The notes beneath the pieces are model-generated. The model saw nothing but the letters and a program-made list of their open reading frames with translations, was not told where the DNA came from and made no database searches. A stretch of 64,000 bases of DNA. Source: Antedon mediterranea (Eukaryota > Animalia > Echinodermata). Both the position numbers and the translations under genes were made by a program. The stretch is taken from positions 32,662,388-32,726,387 of the forward strand of contig NC_092670.1 of NCBI RefSeq assembly GCF_964355755.1, in the 5' to 3' direction. Of this stretch, positions 38,301 to 50,120 are shown piece by piece. Numbering within the stretch: position 1 is the stretch's first letter; each line of letters starts with the position of its first letter.

Positions 38301-41300
38301 AAGAGCGCGCATTGCGCTTCTACGTGTCAAATTCTCTTCCAATCCTTATATTTATTTGCTCAATTCATTATCTTTCGAAATTGTCATCTTCGAGTTTATT
38401 TTGATAATTCCATCATACCAAAAAATTTGAACATGATGTGGGTCCGTAATTTCACCTATGCTACACTGTATATAGATATACAGAATATACTGTACATATT
38501 GTATAACGTACGTGCATGTTTAAAAAATGTTAATTTCATTAAAATGATAAAAATGATCACCTATAATTCGTCAAAGTGACGAATTAAATTCTAGTTGTAA
38601 CATATTATTACTTTGGCTTGCTTTTTACATTACTTGATTTATTTTTAGTTGAAGCGAAACCATTAGTTTAAGAAGAGAATGAACAAAACATGATTTAATA
38701 AATGGATTTTAAAAATCAGATGCGTACAACTTTACTGCAAAAATATGAGCTGGGCCGGAAGATGCTATACAGATTTTTACTAGAACTTTCTTTTTGGAAG
38801 TAGAGAGATCCATAGAAGTGAAACAATATTTCTGGTACACTGTGTACCTAATATATGTCAAAGTGGATGTTTATGGCATCGTTAAAGAAATGGTATATAG
38901 CGGATATTGTGGTTATAAAAAATACTGTACAGTTACCAGCCTACAAATATGATTCAGATTTCATTTATTTATTAAATTGAAATTCTTTCATTCACTCCCA
39001 AAAAAATATTGTTCCCCTGTATACAGTAGATATTTTGTATTTAAACTAAAATTATCAGGTTCATAAGGTGGATTGCATTTATTCCTGTAGTAATTAACAG
39101 CTGTTCTGTAAAGACTTCTTCTGTACACTTTGAATCGGAAGTGAAGTGTCCTGTAATATATTTACAGTATTTTATCATACTACTGTACTAACAGTTCCTG
39201 CATATTGCTGCTCCACAAGATATACACTTTGTACAGTGTTTGGTTAGCATCGAATGCCTGTACCGATTGACATAAAAAGGCCAAATGTTCCACCACCTTG
39301 TACCATCGTTTTACCAACTTGTGAAATTAACTCTCTTCCTCGTAAACCATATCTAAAAATTGTGATTGAAAAAAATTGTTATGAAATCTATAAATATGGT
39401 ATTCACGTTTTTTGGTCATATTATAGTCTGGTGATATTCAGAATAACTTTTGCCGACTAATCAGAATCTGGATTTTACGTAAACTAAATCCAAGGAGAGA
39501 GCGCTGGGAGGAGACGCTGTAAATTGACTTGCTCTCGATCCTAAAAACGTGCTAGATTTAAGAATCACTGGTTGCAGCATAAAATAATGATTTACACAAC
39601 AGGCATTGAACTTATTCCCAACCCCCTGTGATACCGAATATTACTTAATTTTGCATCGATAAAAATGAGGAAATCTGAGAGAAGATTTCTATTCTATTCT
39701 ATATAAAAATGAATTTGTAGAATTCAGTTATTGTTATAAAAATTAAATGTTTGTACACATACCTTAATGCTGAAAATCCTCCAAAAATGGCCCCAGAGCC
39801 CATACCCACAGCAAACCCCATCATAAAACCCATCTTTACACGATCAAAACAGCTTGGGCCATGACCCATACGACCTGCTGGTACTGGCATGGTTATCCTT
39901 TTAACTTCTGTGCTTTGAAACTATAAAATTAATTTAATTAAAAATATGTCAAGCTAGGCCTGGTAGGGGATAGACTCTGGTAGAACTAGCCTAGGCTAGT
40001 AATTGTTCAATTCAATTCAACGTAAACATTTATATTTTCTTTTTTTCAATCAATAAATAATAAAATTATATAGGCCTAATAATTTATATGAAATAGCCAA
40101 ACTGAGCTAATGACGAATAGAAAACAAAACTAACTAAACCTATCCAAAAAAATTACTTGTAAGGCCAGGTCAGGAAAAAAAAAGGAAAGCTAGGCCTAGT
40201 AGGCCCCACTAAGTATTACATTCTTCTTATCGGCAATAAAAATGGGCGAGTCAGTAGGCTGAGTTCAGTGATAAAACGAGTCGTGTCCGGGCCTAACTAA
40301 GATGTATAGATTTTTATATTACTATTGGATTATTTTGAATTGTCTACACGAAGAAAATTAATACATAATAAATTATTTCTTATTACGGTAATGCAAAATT
40401 ACAGTTTATAGTATAAACTCGATAAAACATAGGAATTAAAATTACACTTACCGGCGACACGGCACACCACACGGACAGTTTAGTATCGCGTGCAACTTGC
40501 GCTGGAAGTCTTGCCAGAAAGGCGGTCGTGTTGACCTGGTCGTTTTCGACTCTGGTGGTTGTTTTCGACTCTGGTGGTCGTTTTCGACTCTGGTGGTTGA
40601 GCCAAGTTAAAGATGATACTGTATATTCATTATGATTCTGTGGACTGTTGTTTTTATCCTTATAACTTATTAATTCAATTCTCTTTATTTTAAAATGTAT
40701 ATAAATTAGATACCTCCGTGATGTAATGTTTGTATAAATCGAATCAATGCGTTAATTTCTTCTAGAGAAACACATGTCATGGTACCAGTGATCGGGTCCA
40801 TTAAAGTTTACTTGATTATCCTACAATCAATTGTTTATACCTCCATGAATTGATGGTACAATCAGGGAGATGTTACATTTTTAAAATTTTTATTTTATCT
40901 TCCTGGTACAATACTATTAACTTTACTTAATGTTTTCTTTGTAGGCTCTACAATGTACCAATACTACGTAAAAGTCGTTCCTACAACTTACACAAATTTA
41001 AATGGACAAACGACACGAACAAATCAATATTCTGTAACTAAACATGAAAAGCAAGTATCTACAAGTATATCCAGTAGTGAACAGGGTTTACCAGGAGTGT
41101 TTCTTTTGTATGAACTATCACCGCTAATGGTCAAATATACAGAAAAAAATAGGTAGGTTTGGCACACGGTATTCTATAGATCTGCCTCTAATTTGAGAAA
41201 TTTTCATGAATAACTCTATCCAATGAGTCCAGTATCGATGGAATATATGCCTTATCAAGAAAAATAATATACATAATTTAGCGAACGCCTAAAATGCAAA

Positions 41301-42087
41301 TGGGTTCATGGAGTAAGGTCCAGTCAAACACAACTGTGGCAGTGCGGAGGCCTGGAACATTATGGGAGTGTGTTTCAATTATGTCTGATCCAAAAATGAC
41401 CGGGTTAATAGTATGTGAATTGCTTGGCTCTGTACATTAAGCTATGTTATTGCCTTCAATTAAAGACCTTTTCATAAATATTTAACCTTAATGTAGAGCC
41501 TAGAGCTTTACCTACTGTCGCTACTAGTGGTTTGTCCAAAATGTTAATTTTAAAAAAGAACAATATAAAAAAGGACTGTATTTATATTAATATAACTTAC
41601 TTTACAGGTCTTTTATGCATTTTCTAACGGGAGTCTGTGCTATAGTCGGAGGAATATTTACCGGTAATTATTCAAATTTGATTCTTTCCACTCCAGAACA
41701 GGTTTGTTGCCTTTTGTGTGAATGAATCTATAATAGGGACCCAGAGCTTATTTGCGATGATTGATGACGTAACTATTGTTGCAAATAAAAAGCTCCCTAA
41801 TAGCGAGCTTAAAAAAAAAGCAAAAAAACATGCATACATAATTCTTGTAAATAAAAACTAATTAAAAAAATAATTGGAGTAGATGCCATGTTTGTGTCCA
41901 ACTATTCCTATGTAGAGTATGGAGTTGAGTCTTTGTTTTAAAAATGTAAATGAATTTATTCTTTGTGAATTAAGTTAAGTTATGACTATTTTGTCTTTAT
42001 TTTTCAGTTGCCGGTTTAATTGATTCAATGATTTACCATTCAGCAAAAGCAATACAAAAGAAGATAGACCTCGGAAAAGCGTTATAG
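29320..42087 (+). CDS. ERGIC3: Endoplasmic reticulum-Golgi intermediate compartment protein 3 (Erv46 family), 11 coding exons
   Basis: Exons 29320-29419, 29728-29798, 29954-30041, 30215-30378, 30531-30592, 30813-30978, 31903-31992, 32122-32218, 40945-41152, 41608-41663, 42008-42087; all GT-AG and in phase. Motifs: [100 protein letters not shown], ending KIDLGKAL*. Confidence 0.97.
31148..31849 (-). mobile_element. Helentron/DINE-like element with (GTCG/GTCT)n microsatellite, in ERGIC3 intron 6
   Basis: Minus strand starts TTTTTAGTCGCGTGGAAGCGACTC, has GTCG/GTCT repeats, and ends CACGCGACT + small GGC..GCC hairpin + TTGTTT. Short copies at ~57265-57368 and ~62629-62761. Confidence 0.75.
32361..38595 (+). 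mobile_element. Nested stack of four related Helentron/DINE-1-like non-autonomous elements (~1.4-1.6 kb each)
   Basis: 5' heads with subterminal inverted repeat (subTIR) plus hairpin at ~32361, ~32415, ~32485, ~34075. 3' ends, each subTIR + (C/T)TCGTCAAAGTGACGA hairpin + CTAGT, at 34075, 35660, 37186, 38595. Bodies are homologous. Confidence 0.85.
39244..39890 (-). CDS. ROMO1: Reactive oxygen species modulator 1 (Romo1/Mgr2), nested antisense in ERGIC3 intron 8
   Basis: Coding exons complement(39763-39890, 39244-39352) give [78 protein letters not shown]. Probable 5'UTR exon with GTAAGT donor near 40451 and acceptor near 39921. Confidence 0.96.
40537..40596. repeat. 19-bp tandem repeat x3 immediately upstream of the putative ROMO1 first exon
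   Basis: TGGT(C/T)GTTTTCGACTCTGG repeated three times. Confidence 0.8.
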
Positions 42088-43646
42088 TACAATACTCTGT
42101 TAAATACTCGTTTCATTACTTTATTTATTTATACAATTACATTTTGACTTCGTTTTTTTATGCAAACGATGTGTTTAGTTCCAAATAATTATTGTGGGTT
42201 GTTGAAGTTTGTTTTAAAGGGTGGGTATAAAAGGCTGGACCTACCTATGTGGTCTCCGCCTTTTAGCGCATCACCGTATAAATGCCTTCTTATTGATGAA
42301 GAGTAGTAGCCCACAGTGTAGGCCTACTCCTTTGTCGTAAAAATTATTTACAGAAAGAACTTATTGATTATTATAGATTTTCAATTTTTCTTCAAGAATA
42401 TATTTCAAGGATATTATAATGAATAGGATTTATTTTATTTGTTTAAATAATAATAATAAAGCTTTTTTTTTTATAGTATTAGGAACTTGTTTTATTTAAT
42501 TATGAAAGATAAAAGCATACAATTGTGAACTATTGAATTTCTCATTTGATAAGCAATGCTAGTTTAAAAAACACCAGTTTTCTATTCTAGTCTGGTCTGA
42601 ATATTTATAAAATTAAACCTATGCTTCCTTTTATACGCGTACTGTATCTACCCGAAATATTCGAAAAATTCACAAAGTCAAATGTTCTTCACCCTTGAAT
42701 TACATACAGCAACGACATTTTCCCAGTGCGGCAGAGGTAAAATCTAAAATCAAATTTGTTGACAGGCTATGAATATGTTAAATGTTAGCACGGATCTGAT
42801 CCGTTACCACTGCTCATTTGAATCCTGGAACCGCCCCTGTGCGTCACATGTACGGCTGTATCACGGAATGTGTCTATGTTACTGGACACATTGTAGATAC
42901 AGTACCGAGAATCGGCTGCGAAATCAAATAATATTAGCGCACTGAACCCTTACTTGTTCGCTTATAATCGTTTCAACAGCAAAGGGTTTCTACCTAGTCT
43001 ATATTTCTAGACGGCGAACCACCTATTGGTAAAAAGATTAACATTTTGACACCCATGGCATTTCATACGTATAATACATTAGCTGGAAAAAAAGAAACGT
43101 CGACTGGTCAAGCCTAGTATAGGTTTCGACAAAAGAGGTATAAAAATAAAATACCTTCCTGTTTTGACCATGTCAATCGTGTCTGCTGCCAAACTCTTTG
43201 TTCTCTTTTTGTAACAAAAACAAACAGTATTTGTAGTTTTTAAATGTTGCAAAACGTAGCTATTGTTAAATGTTTATTGTTGGGAATTTATATTGACGAC
43301 TATTATATTATTCGTTAGCTTAATAAAGATATTAATAAACATTTTTTCAAATATTATATTTTGAATTTAATTTGCTTTTACAATACAGTACTCTACTCTG
43401 CATACAATTAGAATGTTGTAAAATGGTATATTTGTAGTAATACAAATAATTTGTATTACAAACTTAATGAATGTTAACTTTATGTGGTACTTTTAACACT
43501 ACATATTTTCCAAAGCGCTGAAAATAAAAATAAAGATTGGAGAAGTAGTGTGGATTTTATAGGCGGATCTATGATTTCCTAAAGGCTAATAAATAGACTT
43601 GAAAAAGAGGCAACTCCTACTGTAGAAGCTAACAACTCATTTATAA

Positions 43647-43796
43647 AGCTCTGTTCCCACTAGTGACGCAGTGCAAGGACGTAGACGCAACTCAAGCGAG
43701 TTGACCAATGACAAGCGATTGTTCGAATAATCTATTGTTTGCGATTGGTTAAATCACTTACGTTGCGCTTGAGTTGCGTCTAGTGGGAACCAAGCT
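43647..43796. mobile_element. PIF/Harbinger-type MITE (~150 bp)
   Basis: TAA-AGCTCTGTTCCCACTAG ... CTAGTGGGAACCAAGCT-TAA; relatives at 59469-59614, 60168-60313 and 60863-61008. Confidence 0.8.
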
Positions 43797-43949
43797 TAAA
43801 TCTTGGAACTCAAAGTAAAGACATCAGCGGAACTCAAGTAATTTGACCAATCACAATGGATTATTCGAACTGTCGCTTGTGAATGGTCAACTCGCTTGCG
43901 TTGCGCTTACGTCGTTGCGTTAGTCCTAGTAGTTAAACGTACCCACTAC

Positions 43950-46933
43950 GTTTCCTGTCGACGTAAGCACATCACTTTTGTTGCGACTACGTCGATTTGT
44001 CGTAAGAAATGCAGATTTTACAGGAAACCGATTACGATCGAAAATTTATAAAATCGACGCAACGTAAGAAAAATGGTAACGACAAACGATTTTACAGGAA
44101 ACCGATGACCTAACAATTGTTGCGTTACGACGTTTTCTTCCGATTTTACAGGAAACCGGGATTTTTTATCTTACGCTTGAATGAACGCCCTTGCGTCACG
44201 TTTCTTACGTCTCTTACGAAAGTTGACTTGAAAGGCTGGTTTCCTGTCGACGTAAGAAGTCGAATTTTGCAACGATTCTTGCGTTTCATACGTTTCTTAC
44301 GTCTCTTACGAAAGTTGAGAATAAATTAACGTCGTTGACGTTAGTCAAGATCGTGTCGGGCCACAGAGAAACATCTGTAGTTATGCTGCTCCCGAAAGTT
44401 GAAATTTTGGCTGTGAAACACACGTCGTATGCCAGAGGTATGCTTACGTCGATTTTAGTGTTGTTACGAAAGTTGAAATTTTTTTCTTACGTCGGTCAGA
44501 TTTATGACGTATTTGAAACAACATCTCTGATTGGTGTTTCTTTTTAGAGCGGGTTTTATCATTTTTCGCGCGAAATATTGAATGATGTTATTGTACCTGT
44601 AGCTACTCAGCAGCAGTGTCAGTGCAGCACACCAACATATTATTTTTAGTAGATAGGCTAGGCCCTAGTATTAGTAATAATACTTACTCCATGATTAATA
44701 CTGTACTAATAGGAATTTATTTGACCAAAATCTAACCAAACTAGCCTAGGAGCCTAGGCTAGTAGGCCTATGTACTATTGTATGAATCAAAATATGAATG
44801 AATTATTCTGGCCTATAGCCTTAAATAGTTTTCAAAATTAAAAAAAGGCAAATCATTTCGGGATTCCTATTATTATTAGACCTACTTATGCCCTAGGCTA
44901 GGCCTTGGCCTATGGGCCCAGGCATACTCTAATCGAGCATGAGATAGTACTACCGCAGTAAGATACCCATTATTTACAGGCCTATAATAAGAATAAATTT
45001 AACAAAACAATATAAATTATACAAAATCAAGCAAACATTTTTTTTTTAAAGTTACATAATAATATTATATTGCTTACAAAGGGGCTTTCTATATCTTATC
45101 TTGTTGCAAATGTTCACCTTTCGCGACGTTTCTACCGACAAATAGAACAGAAGAATGTCGGTTTCTTTGAAATGCTGATTGTTTATTGCACGTCCATAAA
45201 TAAGTGTATTATATTTTGATATGAGTTGTAAACTCCCTGATTAGAACATTGTTATATTGAAACTATACTGTGCATTTGTAAAGTATGTGCAACATTGTAA
45301 AGTGGGCTAAAATTATAGTAGTAAATACATACAAATGTTATTGTCCGGCTTTATTTCACTATAAGGTCATACACATTACGTCATAACTCTTGTCGCTTAT
45401 TGGTTGCTTGTTACGATTGCGCTTACGTCTCTTGCGAAAGTTGACTTCAAGTCAACTTTCGTAAGAGACGTAAGAAACGTGACGCAAGGGCGTTCATTCA
45501 AGCGTAAGATAAAAAATCCCGGTTTCCTGTAAAATCGGAAGAAAACGTCGTAACGCAACAATTGTTAGGTCATCGGTTTCCTGTAAAATCGTTTGTCGTT
45601 ACCATTTTTCTTACGTTGCGTCGATTTTATAAATTTTCGATCGTAATCGGTTTCCTGTAAAATCTGCATTTCTTACGACAAATCGACGTAGTCGCAACAA
45701 AAGTGATGTTCTTACGTCGACAGGAAACCAGCCTGAAGTCAACTTTCGCAAGAGACGTAAGCGCAATCGTAACAAGCAACCAATAAGCGACAAGAGTTAT
45801 GACGTAATGTGTATGACCTTATAGTGAAATAAAGCCGGACAATAACATTTGTATGTATTTACTACTATAATTTTAGCCCACTTTACAATGTTGTACATAC
45901 TTTACAAATGCACAGTATAGTTTCAATATAATAATGTTCTAATCAGGGAGTTTACAACTCATATCAAAATATAATACACTTATTTATGGACGTGCAATAA
46001 ACAATCAGCATTTCAAAGAAACCGACATTCTTCTGTTCTATTTGTCGGTAGAAACGTCGCGAAAGGTGAACATTTGCAACAAGATAAGATATAGAAAGCC
46101 CCTTTGTAAGCAATATAATATTATTATATAACTTTAAAAAAAAAATGTTTGCTTGATTTTGTATAATTTATATTGTTTTGTTAAATTTATTCTTATTATA
46201 GGCCTGTAAATAATGGGTATCTTACTGCGGTAGTACTATCTCATGCTCGATTAGAGTATGCCTGGGCCCATAGGCCAAAGCCTCGCCTAGGGCATAAGTA
46301 GGTCTAATAATGATAGGAATCCCGAAATGATTTGCCTTTTTTTAATTTTGAAAACTATTTAAGGCTATAGGCCAGAATAATTCATTCATATTTTGATTCA
46401 TACAATAGTACATAGGCCTACTAGCCTAGGCTCCTAGGCTAGTTTGGTTAGATTTTGGTCAAATAAATTCCTATTAGTACACAGTATTAATCATGGAGTA
46501 AGTATTATTACCTAATACTAGGGCCTAGCCTATCTACTAAAAATAATATGTTGGTGTGTTGCACTGACACTGCTGCTGAGTAGCTACAGGTACAATAACA
46601 ACATTCAACATTTCGCGCGAAAAATGATAAAACCCGCTCTAAAAAGAAACACCAATCAGAGATGTTGTTTCAAATACGTCATAAATCTGACCGACGTAAG
46701 AAAAAAATTTCAACTTTCGTAACAACACTAAAATCGACGTAAGCATACGACGTGTGTTTCACAGCCAAAATTTCAACTTTCGGGAGCAGCATAACTACAG
46801 ATGTTTCTCTGTGGCCCGACACGATCTTGACTGACGTCAACGACGTCAATTTTTTCTCAACTTTCGTAAGAGACGTAAGAAACGTAAGAATCGTTGCAAA
46901 ATTCGACTTCTTACGTCGACAGGAAACCAGCCT
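43950..46933 (-). mobile_element. Outer copy of the same Harbinger-type element, opposite orientation, split by the inner copy
   Basis: 43950-44232 joined to 45738-46933 is approximately the reverse complement of 44233-45734; the right TIR is intact and followed by TAA, while the left TIR lacks its first bases. Confidence 0.85.
44233..45734 (+). mobile_element. PIF/Harbinger-type non-autonomous element (inner copy, 1.5 kb)
   Basis: TIR AGGCTGGTTTCCTGTCGACGTAAG at both ends; 3-bp TSD GAA (44230-44232 / 45735-45737). Confidence 0.88.
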
Positions 46934-46978
46934 TAATATGACCAATACAACGAGATGACGATGATGCATCGCCGCCTC

Positions 46979-47565
46979 TTAAAGCTCAGGTACAGGCATG
47001 AATTTTAAATATAATATCTGGTTAATTGTACATAAATCAAATATTTGTAACAGAAATCAAGACGAAAAAACATGAATTTCCCTTAATATGCTCAATCAAA
47101 TACAAAATTTGGCAAAATTCTGCCATAAAAACCAGAAAGACTTTTTTTTTCAGTAGTTAGGTAGTACGTTTAACCTAATGTAATAACATTTCTGGTGACT
47201 CCCTAGAAGGTGAAAAAAGATGGTGAATATACGGTGGATAATTTTTGCTATAGCATGAAAATAAAAATCTGAAGTTGAATAAAAATACCAGAAATGTAAA
47301 ATTCCAGTTATATTACCTATATTTAGTCATCTGATATTTTTCATAGCTTTTTAAAAAAGGCCTCTCTATTTAAAAAATTTGTGTACAAAATAATAGAGAT
47401 TTTACTGTGTAATTTGAACTATCCTCCCACTTATAAAGAAAGTGCTTATTTTCAACAAGCGTGTGTAACACAAATAAAATCCCAAAAAATATGAAACATA
47501 GGGGAAACTATAGATCGATAATTATTGGAATGTATGATCAATAGATTTTTTTTGCCCGCACCTAG
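46979..47565. mobile_element. Kolobok-like MITE, same family as 16173-16738
   Basis: Colinear similarity starting TTAAAGCTCAGGTACAGGCATGAATTTTAAATATAATATC and ending CCCGCACCT. Confidence 0.6.
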
Positions 47566-48059
47566 AAACTATAAAGCTTGAGTAAGGTAAAATAAGCTTA
47601 TTATTGTCTTTTGTTTCTATTTTGAATAATTATATTATCTATAATTTTGAATCTTTCTTTTACAATTTGTATTTCGTATCAATCTTCTTATTATGATCCC
47701 TAGCAACTCATTTGCTTTAAAACGCCAAATCACAGTCTTTGTTATTTCTCATTGGTTCTTTTATAAAGATAATTATAGTTCCAGCATTGATATTGTTATT
47801 TGAAATTTCTCTCTACATTTTGCACATGCGTAAACATGCCACTTGTAGCCTACTCAGTAACAAAAAAACAAGAAAATAAATCGATGCACTTTGTTGTCAA
47901 AAATGAATTCGGTGTTTAGTATTCAATGATTTAAATGATTATTATTTTCCTTTATTATCATCTATGTAAAATACAATTATTACATATAGCGTTTAGTGTA
48001 ATTACAGGATTTCAGGGATTCGAACGTACAAACAAGTATCATTTACTTGATTTACTTGA

Positions 48060-48490
48060 TGTTGAGACTTATAAAGCCGAAGCTTGTGTGTCCCGCGACG
48101 TGTTTCTATATATTATCAATTGTCTTCTATAGGGGGCAAACTTGCAGAAAGAAGTAGACAAGTGTTTTTCCAGCCTTGACTTTTGAACTGGTTGATTGAG
48201 TCAGATTCTATGACGGTTGACGGTAATTTGTTCCAGACATTGCATATGTTTTGAGTAAAGAACTTTTGTCTAATTCTTAGATGAGATATGTCTTTATTCA
48301 TTTTCCATTTATGGCCTCTAGTTCTCCTACAAAAGTGAACAGATTTCTGGCATCTATATCATCAATATGACTGCAAATATTAAAAACCTGGATTAGAGCA
48401 GATCTCAGCCTTCTGAAATAAAGAGTAGGTAGTTGTAGTTGTTTCAATCTATCCTGATAAGCATCTCTTCTAATTCCTGGCACCATCATA
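48060..48490 (-). mobile_element. CR1-like LINE 3' fragment
   Basis: MVPGIRRDAYQDRLKQLQLPTLYFRRLRSALIQVF and FFTQNICNVWNKLPSTVIESDSINQFKS. Confidence 0.78.
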
Positions 48491-48839
48491 GTGCTATACA
48501 GAAATTTAATACGATTTGTACTAAAGGTCCATATTTTCAAAATTACCTCAGACCCCAACGGGGGTTCAGCTTCTAAGATTTGTGACCAATTGTTTTTAAT
48601 GTAAAAAGATAGCTGTCTTAGCTAAATCATAGTATCCATTTAAACAGCTAAAGCAAGTCAAAGATGAGCTTGGGATCATAGATAGAAAGACAAGCTAAAT
48701 AAAATAAAAATACAGAGAAGGAAATTAATCGTCACTTTTAGTAGACTGATGAAAAGAAGAGTGTAAGTGTAAATCACCGCTTTTAGTAAACACATAAAAG
48801 TAATCCACACGATCGTCACCGAACTGGCACAATGCTCAA

Positions 48840-50120
48840 TCATTTCTTTGTCCTAACGTTTAGAAGAGTATCGATTTCAGTACTTGATAACATTCTGTTA
48901 AATATGCTTAGTTCGTCTATTATACCAGTGAAGCCAGCAGAAGAACACAATTGAGCTACTGAGATGTTGGGAGGGTCAGTGACAATGTCCACAACAAGAC
49001 AACATGAGACGCAGTTTACTGGTATTTGGCCGTTTAAATGAATTATAAACTGTTGACCGTCATTGGTGATAGCTATGTGGTGCCATTCATCGAATTCACC
49101 AATTGTCTCCCGACACCTGACTTCTCCATTGAGATAAAAATACACACCAATATAATTATACGAGATTGTCCGGGTTTCAATTCTCCAGCCTGTCTCACAT
49201 CCATTACTAATAATAGTTTGATCACTGATGTAGCCGTCTAAACGAAGAAACCACATGCTAATGGTAAATCCTTGACGAACCTGACAAATACTGAGAGTTG
49301 GCAAATCGATTTGATACCGATAGTCATCGTTGATCACTATTCCTTCCCCCCTAACACCTGTATCATATGCTGCAATAATTTCAAATTCTCCCTCATTATC
49401 GTCAGATAACAGAGAGGTTATTCCGTTTCCGGATGCGTCTTCAATATTGCCTTCAAACGTATAATGAGAAATCATATATGGACTTATGTCATAACTACGA
49501 CAGTCATCACTTTCCATAGTAGTCATTTCCTCTTGGATGTTGTTTTTGGTCGTTGCTTCAGATGTCGTAATTTCCCCTTGGATGTTGTCGATGGTCGTTG
49601 CTTCAGATGTCGTAATTTTTTGATCTGTCTCATTACTCTTTTCATACCTTATACATGTCGTTTTCCCTACAATTTGAACACATTGATATCCTTCAGATAA
49701 TCTAATCAACGTTTGGTTTACGCGACATATTCTGTCAATGAAAGGAGCTTGTGTGTTTTGAAAAGATCTCTCTTCCATTGCTATTCCCTACAAGTAAAAA
49801 TAATGGTTTTTTTTCTGAGGTGTCAGAAATTAAGTGGTTTCTTTAAAGGAACCATCAGTTAAGTATATAGTTACTATTTCACTTTGTTTTAAGCCTGTGA
49901 AATGATACTGTTAAGACTACTGGTAAATGTGAACGGCCACAATTACTCACTATAGACTACGTATGCTATCTGTGTATGTAAACATTATTTGAACTACACT
50001 GAGGGCTAAAGCTACAAGCAAAATAATCTGCGTACAGTAAAGACAACAAAATAAACTCATACTTACAGTACTCAGTATGGTAAGTATGAGTGTATATTTA
50101 AATAATCTTTTAGAAAACAT
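48840..50120 (-). CDS. Probably secreted LamG-like (concanavalin A-like/pentraxin-like jellyroll) protein, paralog 1
   Basis: Predicted exon 1 50067-50120 (MFSKRLFKYTLILTILST, GTAAGT donor, phase 0) and exon 2 48840-49787. Cys-containing N-terminal module, Thr-rich repeats (ITTSEATT), then LamG_3-type motifs HYTFEG, FTISMWF, WHHIAITNDG, FTGIIDELSIFNRMLSSTEI. Confidence 0.8.

Noticed and set aside
49951-50060. Alternative hydrophobic first exon for LamG paralog 1 (MSLFCCLYCTQIILLVALAL...)
   Set aside because: Its donor is phase 2 and would create a TAG stop at the junction; the 50067-50120 exon fits in phase 0.
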